Program-made: the position numbers and the translations under genes
Shown: positions 39,609-46,763 of the stretch, in pieces
How positions within the stretch are numbered: position 1 is the stretch's first letter
Layout of the letters: each line of letters begins with the position of its first letter
The notes under the pieces: model-generated
The model's database searches: none
Told to the model about the DNA's origin: nothing
Seen by the model: the letters and a program-made list of their open reading frames with translations, nothing else
NCBI GenBank assembly: GCA_038727135.1
Contig: JAVYWL010000001.1
Coordinates: forward strand, 320,001 to 384,000
Direction of reading: 5' to 3'
Source of the DNA: Candidatus Bathyarchaeia archaeon
GTDB lineage: Archaea; Thermoproteota; Bathyarchaeia; Bathyarchaeales; Bathycorpusculaceae
Length of the DNA stretch: 64,000 nucleotides

Positions 39609-40880
39609 TTAAATGGAGAACGGGAGAAAGTAAACCAACAAGGCGGTTGCATAAGTCGCTATGAAGGACGGAGTCACATACTTGTAAACCTTGCTCAAAG
39701 GACTTTTGAAGTAGTCAGCCGTAAAAGTAAAGCAAAGATGAGTAGGCGAAATAGTATATCCAAGATAGGCACTAATATACAAAAGCGCAGCAGTTTTCGC
39801 CGAAAAAGTTAGAACGCCTGTTAAAATCGGCACACTTATGGCTATTGCCCCGTGCGGAGAGCCTGTGAGAAAACCCAAAACCGCTGGAATTACTGTTAGC
39901 AGTATAACTGCGTCTACGCTTCCATTAGCAACAAACCGTTTGAAAACATCAGAAACTCCGGCAGCGGCAATCACGTTGCGAAGTAGAAAAGCTCCATAAA
40001 CAGCCAAAGTCACCCCATAAGTTCCCCAACCCCTAAGCGGTTTCACCAGCACTTCGAAGTTTAGACGGGAAATTACGGCTAAAACCACCACCCCCGCAAA
40101 AGTCGCTAAAAGAACATCAAACCCTAACCTAGACAAACCATAGCTCAAAGCACCTATAAAAACAGCCACAACAATAGTTACCATTATAGGGGAGAACGAG
40201 ATGATAAAACGTTTAAACTCCAAACCAGCTTCACCTTTTGCCGTTTCAAATTTTTCTTCGCTTTTTACGCTTGGAACTTTCCAGAAACCCACCAAAAAGC
40301 CAACAATAACCATAACTGTAACCGTTGGAATTTGAAGCAAAATAATGGAAAATAGGGATACCCCAGTTAAGGCAGCCGTCACTATCAGCACTTGGCTTAA
40401 CGGATAAACAGGAAAAATCGTGTGCCTAAACCACAAATTCACATAAGCCTTCCGCTCCGCCTTCAATTTCAACTTTTCAGCCTCCGAATCCACTATGGGA
40501 GCCGACATCAAAGCCCCACCGGCCACTTGAAGGAAACCTATCACAGCTGGAAGCACGCTTAAGACAATCTTTGGATTCTTAACAAGACGGCTCAAGCTCT
40601 CGCTTAATTTTGTGATTTCCCCAGTCTCCTTGTAAAGTTGGCTCAACCACATTATACCAAACGTCGTAAGAATAACCGATATCGCAAGGAGCCCCTCACA
40701 TCTTAAGGGATTAACAGTTGCATAGACTATGCTTGGGATACTCCACCAATCCAACGAAAGCAGAGCCAAAAGAACAGCCGTTGCGTTTAAGGTTATTCCC
40801 AAATTAACATGCCTATAAAGCAAAACGCCAAGGAAGCAAAAGGAAACAACCACAGATATCAACGGATCCAGCAGTCCCAA
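39609..40880 (-). CDS. DUF401-family multi-pass membrane protein (IT-superfamily-like permease)
   Basis: GGALMSAP, N.WFRH....YPL, SPTHLC..FT..YF. Confidence 0.8.
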   Translation of the reverse strand: MGLLDPLISVVVSFCFLGVLLYRHVNLGITLNATAVLLALLSLDWWSIPSIVYATVNPLRCEGLLAISVILTTFGIMWLSQLYKETGEITKLSESLSRLVKNPKIVLSVLPAVIGFLQVAGGALMSAPIVDSEAEKLKLKAERKAYVNLWFRHTIFPVYPLSQVLIVTAALTGVSLFSIILLQIPTVTVMVIVGFLVGFWKVPSVKSEEKFETAKGEAGLEFKRFIISFSPIMVTIVVAVFIGALSYGLSRLGFDVLLATFAGVVVLAVISRLNFEVLVKPLRGWGTYGVTLAVYGAFLLRNVIAAAGVSDVFKRFVANGSVDAVILLTVIPAVLGFLTGSPHGAIAISVPILTGVLTFSAKTAALLYISAYLGYTISPTHLCFTFTADYFKSPLSKVYKYVTPSFIATYATALLVYFLPFSI

Positions 40881-40968
40881 TCAAGGCATCCCTTTCAAAC
40901 ATTTAAAAACCAAAATATACGCCAAACACTTAATCCTTTCCATAAAACAACACACAAGGCGTGGTCGC

Positions 40969-41403
40969 ATGAAAGGAAAAGCCTTCATCTCCGGACCAAT
41001 CCAAGGCATGGAAACAAAACAATCCTATAGAGAAACCATAAGACGCATCTGCATCCGCTGCGGATACGAGCCAATTGACCCATGGCAACGCGAAAAAATA
41101 ATCTACAAAGGCACAGAAAACGGCTGGTGGCAAAAAGTACCAGCAGCAGACTTCATAAAAAGGGATTTAGAAGACATAGAAAAATGCGACATCCTAATCG
41201 CCTACATGCCAAAACTCTCAGCCGGAACATGCATGGAACTCTTCTACGCAAAAATGAAAGGGAAGAAAACCATATGCATATGCAAAATCAAAAACCCAAG
41301 CCCGTGGATAACCACCCACTCAGACATAATTCTCAAGGAAATTAGACAACTCGAACAAACATTAAAAGCCACACCCTCTTGTGACAAGGTCCCAAAGGCT
41401 TAA
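40969..41403 (+). CDS. Nucleoside 2-deoxyribosyltransferase / nucleotide N-hydrolase family protein
   Basis: FISGPI, RDLEDIEKCD..IA, SAGTCMEL.YA...GK, SPW. Confidence 0.82.
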   Translation: MKGKAFISGPIQGMETKQSYRETIRRICIRCGYEPIDPWQREKIIYKGTENGWWQKVPAADFIKRDLEDIEKCDILIAYMPKLSAGTCMELFYAKMKGKKTICICKIKNPSPWITTHSDIILKEIRQLEQTLKATPSCDKVPKA

Positions 41404-42290
41404 AGCTTCAATGCAGCCCTAAGCCTAGCCGACCTAGCCCTAGGATTCTCCTTAACCTCCTCCTTAGATGGCCTAAGGGGCTTTTTCGTCAAAATTTTAA
41501 CGGCGCCCTCTTTGGCTTTCTCCCTCAGAAAATTTTTTACAATACGATCCTCCAAAGAATGAAAAGAGATAATCACAAGTCTACCTCCTTTATCCAATAC
41601 ATCAAGGGCTTGAGGCAAAGCCCTCTCTAAATTCTCCAACTCATTATTCACAGCTATCCTCAAAGCCTGAAAAGTCCTAGTGGCAAAATGAATTCGCCCC
41701 CTATGATACCATGAAGGCGTCGCTCTCTCAACAGCCATAACCAAATCCACAGTAGTCTTCAAAGGCCTAGACCGCACAATTTCTTCGGCAATCCTCCGCG
41801 CAAACCTCTCCTGCCCATAAACCCTCAAAACCCTCTCAATATCCCTCAAACTCCAAAGATTAACTATGGCTTCAGCAGTCAACGGATTTTCCGGGCTGTA
41901 CCGCATATCAAGAGGCTCATTCCGAAGAAAGGAGAACCCACGACCACTCTCCTCTAAATGCCAGCTTGACAAACCCAAATCAAACAAAACCCCAAAAACG
42001 CGTCCAAATGTATACCTCTTGACAATTTCACTCAAATTGGCAAAGCTACCGCAAACGAGAATTAGACGTCCTTCGTAATCTGTACCTTCAACCCTCCTCT
42101 TCAGCCTCTCCAAAATCAAAGGATCAGCATCCACCCCCAAAACCCTACCAGAAGGCCCCGTCCGCTCCAAAACAGCAAAAGCATGACCACCCAAACCCAC
42201 AGTGCAATCAACAAAATCCTCACCAGGCTTAGGATCAAGAAAACGAATAACCTCGTCCTTCATAACTGGCAAATGCAAACCGAACACCAC
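41400..42290 (-). CDS. rsmH: 16S rRNA m4C1402 methyltransferase RsmH (MraW), bacterial type
   Basis: HLPVM, DCTVGLGGHA, DLGLSS..L...RGFSF...PLDMR, YGQERFARRIA, ATRTFQALRIAVN.EL, ISFHSLEDRIVK, NPRARSARLR. Confidence 0.95.
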   Translation of the reverse strand: MVFGLHLPVMKDEVIRFLDPKPGEDFVDCTVGLGGHAFAVLERTGPSGRVLGVDADPLILERLKRRVEGTDYEGRLILVCGSFANLSEIVKRYTFGRVFGVLFDLGLSSWHLEESGRGFSFLRNEPLDMRYSPENPLTAEAIVNLWSLRDIERVLRVYGQERFARRIAEEIVRSRPLKTTVDLVMAVERATPSWYHRGRIHFATRTFQALRIAVNNELENLERALPQALDVLDKGGRLVIISFHSLEDRIVKNFLREKAKEGAVKILTKKPLRPSKEEVKENPRARSARLRAALKL

Positions 42291-42359
42291 AACCTCACAT
42301 AAACTTCAAAGCACACACGCATAGGTAAAAACCGCATTTCATTTTAACATTTACGAAAA

Positions 42360-42432
42360 TGCGGCCGCCGGGATTTGAACCCGGGTCGCCGGCTCGGGAG
42401 GCCGAAGTCCTACCAGGCTAGACTACGGCCGC
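42360..42432 (-). tRNA. tRNA-Gly(CCC), intronless, CCA not encoded
   Basis: Reverse complement GCGGCCG-TA-GTCTAGCCTGGTAGGAC-T-TCGGC-CTCCCGA-GCCGG-CGAC-CCGGG-TTCAAAT-CCCGG-CGGCCGC-A folds as a cloverleaf. Confidence 0.96.
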
Positions 42433-42503
42433 AACAAAACTAACCTCCTTTTGCTATTGTTGGTTTGTAAAATTAACATATAAAGCCTTTTTTGGAATTC
42501 AGG

Positions 42504-44048
42504 TTATTCCGCGTGGTGTTTTGGTTCCGCAACCTTTTCATTGGCCTTTTTTGAGAAGTAGATGGTAGTTAGGATGAAGATAGTGGTTGTCGCAGCAAAA
42601 ATGTAAATTAGACTTCTTAGGTTTTGTGTTTGGTTTTGGTACAACAAGTTTATGTAATTGAATGCACCTTGGAGTCCACCATAATCTTCTAGAAGATTAT
42701 AGAGTGTCGTATTTAATATGCTAAGCTTTTCAATAAACATGCTAACGCTTACATTGAATTCCAGAATTTTGGCATTTAATTCTAAAAGCATGGAATACGA
42801 TTCATTTAAGCCATAATACTTGTCAAGTAACTTTGAATAATCGGAGAGCAACTGATAATACCAGTCCAAAAGCTCAGAATACACTATTTTAATGGAGCAG
42901 TTACCAAAATGCTCAATGTACAAGTAGGTATTTTCCACATCGTCAACATTAAGAAAAGTTGCATTAACTTCTTCATCATTAACAAGAACTGCATGTATAC
43001 ATTTCATTAACACTTTAGGAATGGCAACCCTGCTAAAACTTGCAGAATTACTACTGATACTCGCATTAAAAAGTATAATTTTAGATTTTGTTTCAACCAA
43101 AGTTTTAAATGTAAAATCAAAAATCGTTGAATTGGATATTATGACAACATGATAAGCATTCCCATTACAATATGCAATAAATGTTCTGTACTGTCCCATT
43201 AAAGGGTAATGATCGGTATTTCCTTTAGTAATATTGTAAGGAAAATCTCCTATGCCATCTTTGTTTAGATCTTTTCCATTATAGTCGTCCCAATAATTTC
43301 CTTCTCCGTTGAAATCCCATATGTTATTCACTTGTTCAACATATGCATTGTGGTTGTTACCAATGAAATTATTCCGGTAGAAAACATTACCGTTGCTGTT
43401 TAAAAGGATGTATGTACCCCAATAATTACCAGAAAGAGTATTTTCGCATATTAAATTATTAATAGAGTAATAGTAAACATCGATTCCATCTGAGTTATCT
43501 TTTATAATGTTTCTACAAATGACATTGCTACTTGAATAAAAGAGTAAAATGCCGATGTTATTTGCTGATATTACATTTTCACATATTTGATTTCGGCTCG
43601 AAGAATCTATTTGAATTCCTATGTCATTCACTTTTATATAATTGTTACTTATAATCACGCCACTGGCGAGTCGTTCTATGTATATCCCACAACCTGCAGT
43701 TGAGCTATTCTGTATAGTAAAGCCGCTAATGTTGACGTTTGAAGCTTGTATTGAAATTACGTTTCCTAAGCTACGTCCATCGATGATTGTGTTTTCTCGG
43801 TCTTTTCCAATTAGCGTGACACTCTTGTTAATAACTATATTCTCGTAATATATACCTGAACTCACGTGAATAATATCTCCGGGACTTGCGTTGTTAATGG
43901 CTTCTTGGATATTCTTGTAAGATTCAGAAGGACCAACTTCCAAAATGGACGGGCTGGCATGTATGATCATATTGCTTCTACTAACTGCCAAGCATAAGCA
44001 CGATATTAACAGCAGAGTTAAAGGTTTTTCCATCAATTTTGCATTCAT
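42504..44048 (-). CDS. NosD/CASH right-handed beta-helix surface protein with a coiled-coil stalk and C-terminal TM anchor
   Basis: Signal peptide, IQEAINNA..GD.I.V..G.Y.E, Asn-rich GI.I..SS.N.I..N repeats, GNYWDDY.G.D...DGIGD.PY, D.YPLM; AT-rich. Confidence 0.85.
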   Translation of the reverse strand: MNAKLMEKPLTLLLISCLCLAVSRSNMIIHASPSILEVGPSESYKNIQEAINNASPGDIIHVSSGIYYENIVINKSVTLIGKDRENTIIDGRSLGNVISIQASNVNISGFTIQNSSTAGCGIYIERLASGVIISNNYIKVNDIGIQIDSSSRNQICENVISANNIGILLFYSSSNVICRNIIKDNSDGIDVYYYSINNLICENTLSGNYWGTYILLNSNGNVFYRNNFIGNNHNAYVEQVNNIWDFNGEGNYWDDYNGKDLNKDGIGDFPYNITKGNTDHYPLMGQYRTFIAYCNGNAYHVVIISNSTIFDFTFKTLVETKSKIILFNASISSNSASFSRVAIPKVLMKCIHAVLVNDEEVNATFLNVDDVENTYLYIEHFGNCSIKIVYSELLDWYYQLLSDYSKLLDKYYGLNESYSMLLELNAKILEFNVSVSMFIEKLSILNTTLYNLLEDYGGLQGAFNYINLLYQNQTQNLRSLIYIFAATTTIFILTTIYFSKKANEKVAEPKHHAE

Positions 44049-44069
44049 TTCTAATCCCCATAATAGCAT

Positions 44070-44681
44070 TTAATCGTGTGACAGTATTTTTCCGAGAGTG
44101 ATAGAGCATACAGTTGCTATTGAAAATGATCCAATAACAACAATTGGATCGATAACAGGTTGCAGTAGATTCCAAACAAGAATTACATAGGAAAGCACAA
44201 CTATAAAAGCCAGCATGTAAGCTCTTAGTTTTAAAAGTCCCGTTGGATATATTGCCATTTTATGCATGTTAAGAATTGTTTTTAGTTTTTCTTTTGCTTG
44301 TTGTATTTGTTCGTTTGTTGCGAGGGATATGTGGTTTTTGTCGCTGTCTATGAATTTTAGGCTTAGGAGAGCGTAGCGTTGTAGTTCCCATGGTTTGGTT
44401 TTTGGTAGAATTTTTATTACTCCACTTTTCTCCATTTTCTTCAATATTGTTTGGGTTTTGCGGATGAGTTGAACGTCATTTATCTTTTCTTCGCCATGTA
44501 ACCTTTTAATTAGGTCTTTGACGTTTGGAAAATGCAGTTCTAGCTGGAAGCTTGCTATGGTTTTTGATAGTTCATATTGGTACTCGCCTTCTCGTAGGCG
44601 GATGCTGGCGACTTTGTAATCTGAACTTAAGGCTTCTTGTAAAAACTGTATTTCGGTTGGTGTCAGTTTGTGTTCTGACAT
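44070..44681 (-). CDS. Membrane-anchored wHTH-like protein (two C-terminal TMs)
   Basis: RKTQTILKKMEKSGVI.ILPK.KPWELQRY helix-wing pattern followed by two hydrophobic helices. Confidence 0.65.
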   Translation of the reverse strand: MSEHKLTPTEIQFLQEALSSDYKVASIRLREGEYQYELSKTIASFQLELHFPNVKDLIKRLHGEEKINDVQLIRKTQTILKKMEKSGVIKILPKTKPWELQRYALLSLKFIDSDKNHISLATNEQIQQAKEKLKTILNMHKMAIYPTGLLKLRAYMLAFIVVLSYVILVWNLLQPVIDPIVVIGSFSIATVCSITLGKILSHD

Positions 44682-44702
44682 GTCTTTTCCCTTTTTCAAC
44701 AG

Positions 44703-44802
44703 TTTCAATTGAAATAATATAAGGTGAGCATATATAACTGTTTTTAACTTTCAAACGACTGCCTCTATAATTAGGTTTCTGTTCAATATTTTCCATGGAA
44801 AA
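44703..44802. promoter_or_regulatory. Two perfect palindromes in a divergent intergenic region
   Basis: TTTCAATTGAAA at 44703-44714 and TTTTCCATGGAAAA at 44789-44802. Confidence 0.4.
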
Positions 44803-44848
44803 AACTCATTTTCCTTTAAAGCCTCAAAGTTTACGTTAGGTTGTTAGA

Positions 44849-45253
44849 ATGGGAGTTGTTTTAGAAAAGTTTCCGCTGATTAACAAGGAGTGCGCTTTCA
44901 GTAAGAAGTATAGGAGTTCCTTTGAGATTATAGCGGCTATTCTTGAAGTTGCCATTGAGAAGGTAACTCGCTTTGTTATAGCAAGTCGCTTGAACACAAA
45001 TTACATGCAGCTTCGAAAGTATTTGAGTTATCTGGTTAGGGCGGGTTTTATTGATGTTGAGGTTGGAGGAAAGCAGATTTTGTATAAGACTAGTGAGAAA
45101 GGTTTGGAGTTTTTAAGGTTGTATAACGCTTTATTGGAAATGCTTTTGGAAGGTGCTGAAACACGGGTGCACACCAGTGCTATTTGTGGATGTTTTAGCC
45201 GGCAAACGACAGTGAAAGCGAAAGGGAAAGGCAGGCGGGGTTTCGGCTTATGA
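44849..45253 (+). CDS. Winged-helix (ArsR/HTH_45-like) transcriptional regulator
   Basis: YRSSFEIIAAILE...NTNYMQLRKYLSYL...GFI...YKTSEKGLEFL. Confidence 0.85.
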   Translation: MGVVLEKFPLINKECAFSKKYRSSFEIIAAILEVAIEKVTRFVIASRLNTNYMQLRKYLSYLVRAGFIDVEVGGKQILYKTSEKGLEFLRLYNALLEMLLEGAETRVHTSAICGCFSRQTTVKAKGKGRRGFGL

Positions 45254-45301
45254 TTTTCTCCCTTCTCCTTTCGGCGTGAAGTTCGAATCCGCCTGCCCCC
45301 A
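45224..45301 (+). other. Imperfect inverted repeat containing a tRNA-3'-end-like sequence
   Basis: GGCAGGCGG (45230-45238) pairs with CCGCCTGCC (45289-45297); contains GTTCGAATCC and ends CCCCCA. Confidence 0.4.
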
Positions 45302-45374
45302 AACTTTTGTAGTTTCTGTCGGTGAATATTTAAAAGGTACTTTTGTAGATTGTTAGCTATGCGAGGGTTGCTGT

Positions 45375-46457
45375 TTGTCTCGAGAGTTTACTTATGCTGG
45401 TGTTGGTGTTGATAGAAGGCTGAGGGTTAGGGCGAAGAGTGCTTTGCGTTTTTTGAGAAAGACTTATTGTTTTAGTCGCTATGGTGGGGTTGTCTATCTT
45501 CCTTATGGGGTTGTTTTTCCTTTTCGTGAAGGCGTTTATTTGGATCTTGTGATTGAAGGGGTTGGCACTAAGGTTTTGGTAGCCCAGTTAGCCGACAAGT
45601 ATGATACTATTGGTGTTGATGGTGTGGCCATGGCTGTTAATGATGTTATTCGTTCTGGCGCTAAGCCTTTGGCTGTTGTTGATAATATTCATGCTCAGGT
45701 TTCTGATCCGGACTTGGTTAGGGAGTGGATGAAGGGTATTGTGAGGGGGGCTGTTGAGGCTGAGTGTGTTGTTTCTGGCGGTGAGATTGGTGATGTTGCT
45801 GAGTTGATTAAGGGTTTGGTGGAAGGGAAGGGCTTTGACATGGTTTTTGCCACTGTTGGCGAAGTTTCTGCAGACAAGATTATTTATGGTAAGGATTTGG
45901 AGCCCGGTGATGTTGTTGTTGGCTTGAAGAGTTCTGGGATTCACAGTAATGGTGTTACTTTGGCGCGTAGGGTTTTGTTTAAGTGTTGGGGTGGCATGTA
46001 TGAGCCGTTTGATGTTCCAGAGCCTCTTGAAAGAGAGCTAGTTTATGAAGTTTTGGAGCCTACTAGGATTTATGTTAAGCCTTTTCTGAGGGTTGCGGAC
46101 GAGGTTAGAGTCAAGGCGGCTGTGCACATTACTGGTGACGCTTATTTGAAGTTTGATCGTTTGATATTTTTCTCGAGGGGCGTTGGTTTTGAGTTTGACA
46201 ATTTTAAGCCTCAGCCAATTTTTGAGGTGATTCAGAGGGCTGCTTCTGAGCTTGGAGGCAAAATAACTGATGAAGAGATGTTTAAAACGTTTAATATGGG
46301 TTGGGGCTTCGCAATAGTGGTTAACAAGCAGGATGCGGACAAGGCGATTGACGTTTTGGAAAGGTCTGGGGTCCACGCCGAAATCATAGGACATGTGACA
46401 GACACTCGTGGAATCCGAATCTTCTATAAGGGTAAGAGGATAGTTTTGAAAAGGTAG
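45375..46457 (+). CDS. purM: Phosphoribosylformylglycinamidine cyclo-ligase
   Basis: YAGVGVD, EGVGTK, D.VAMAVND, SSGIHSNG, EPTRIYV, HITG, FNMGWG. Confidence 0.93.
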   Translation: MSREFTYAGVGVDRRLRVRAKSALRFLRKTYCFSRYGGVVYLPYGVVFPFREGVYLDLVIEGVGTKVLVAQLADKYDTIGVDGVAMAVNDVIRSGAKPLAVVDNIHAQVSDPDLVREWMKGIVRGAVEAECVVSGGEIGDVAELIKGLVEGKGFDMVFATVGEVSADKIIYGKDLEPGDVVVGLKSSGIHSNGVTLARRVLFKCWGGMYEPFDVPEPLERELVYEVLEPTRIYVKPFLRVADEVRVKAAVHITGDAYLKFDRLIFFSRGVGFEFDNFKPQPIFEVIQRAASELGGKITDEEMFKTFNMGWGFAIVVNKQDADKAIDVLERSGVHAEIIGHVTDTRGIRIFYKGKRIVLKR

Positions 46458-46511
46458 GTTTGCCTTTTCTGTGGTGAAAGCGTTTAAATCGGCTCATGTG
46501 AAATTTAGCCT

Positions 46512-46763
46512 ATGAAATATCGTTTGAAAATTGAGGTTGGCTTGAAGCCAGGGCACAGCGATCCGGAAGGTGAAACCACAGCCCGTTTGCTTAGGGAGCT
46601 TGGCTATAATGTTGAGAGGGTGGGCGTCAGCAAGGTTTACAATGTTGTTGTTTGGGCTGATTCCCAAGAGGAAGCCTTAGCGAAGGCTGAGGATATGTGT
46701 AAGAGACTTTTGGCTAATCCAACAAAGGACAATTATACCATATTGGTTGAGGGGGAGAAATGA
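46512..46763 (+). CDS. purS: FGAM synthase subunit PurS
   Basis: LKPG.SDPEG, LLANP..D.Y. Confidence 0.95.
   Translation: MKYRLKIEVGLKPGHSDPEGETTARLLRELGYNVERVGVSKVYNVVVWADSQEEALAKAEDMCKRLLANPTKDNYTILVEGEK

Noticed and set aside
36000-42360. Integrated element at the tRNA-Gly 3' end
   Set aside because: No integrase or transposase, and no convincing duplicate of the tRNA 3' end was found by eye.
45219-45374. Possible ZTP or purine riboswitch upstream of purM
   Set aside because: The consensus elements do not match, and a TATA-like box (TTTAAAA near 45329) lies downstream of the structure, so it is probably outside the purM leader.
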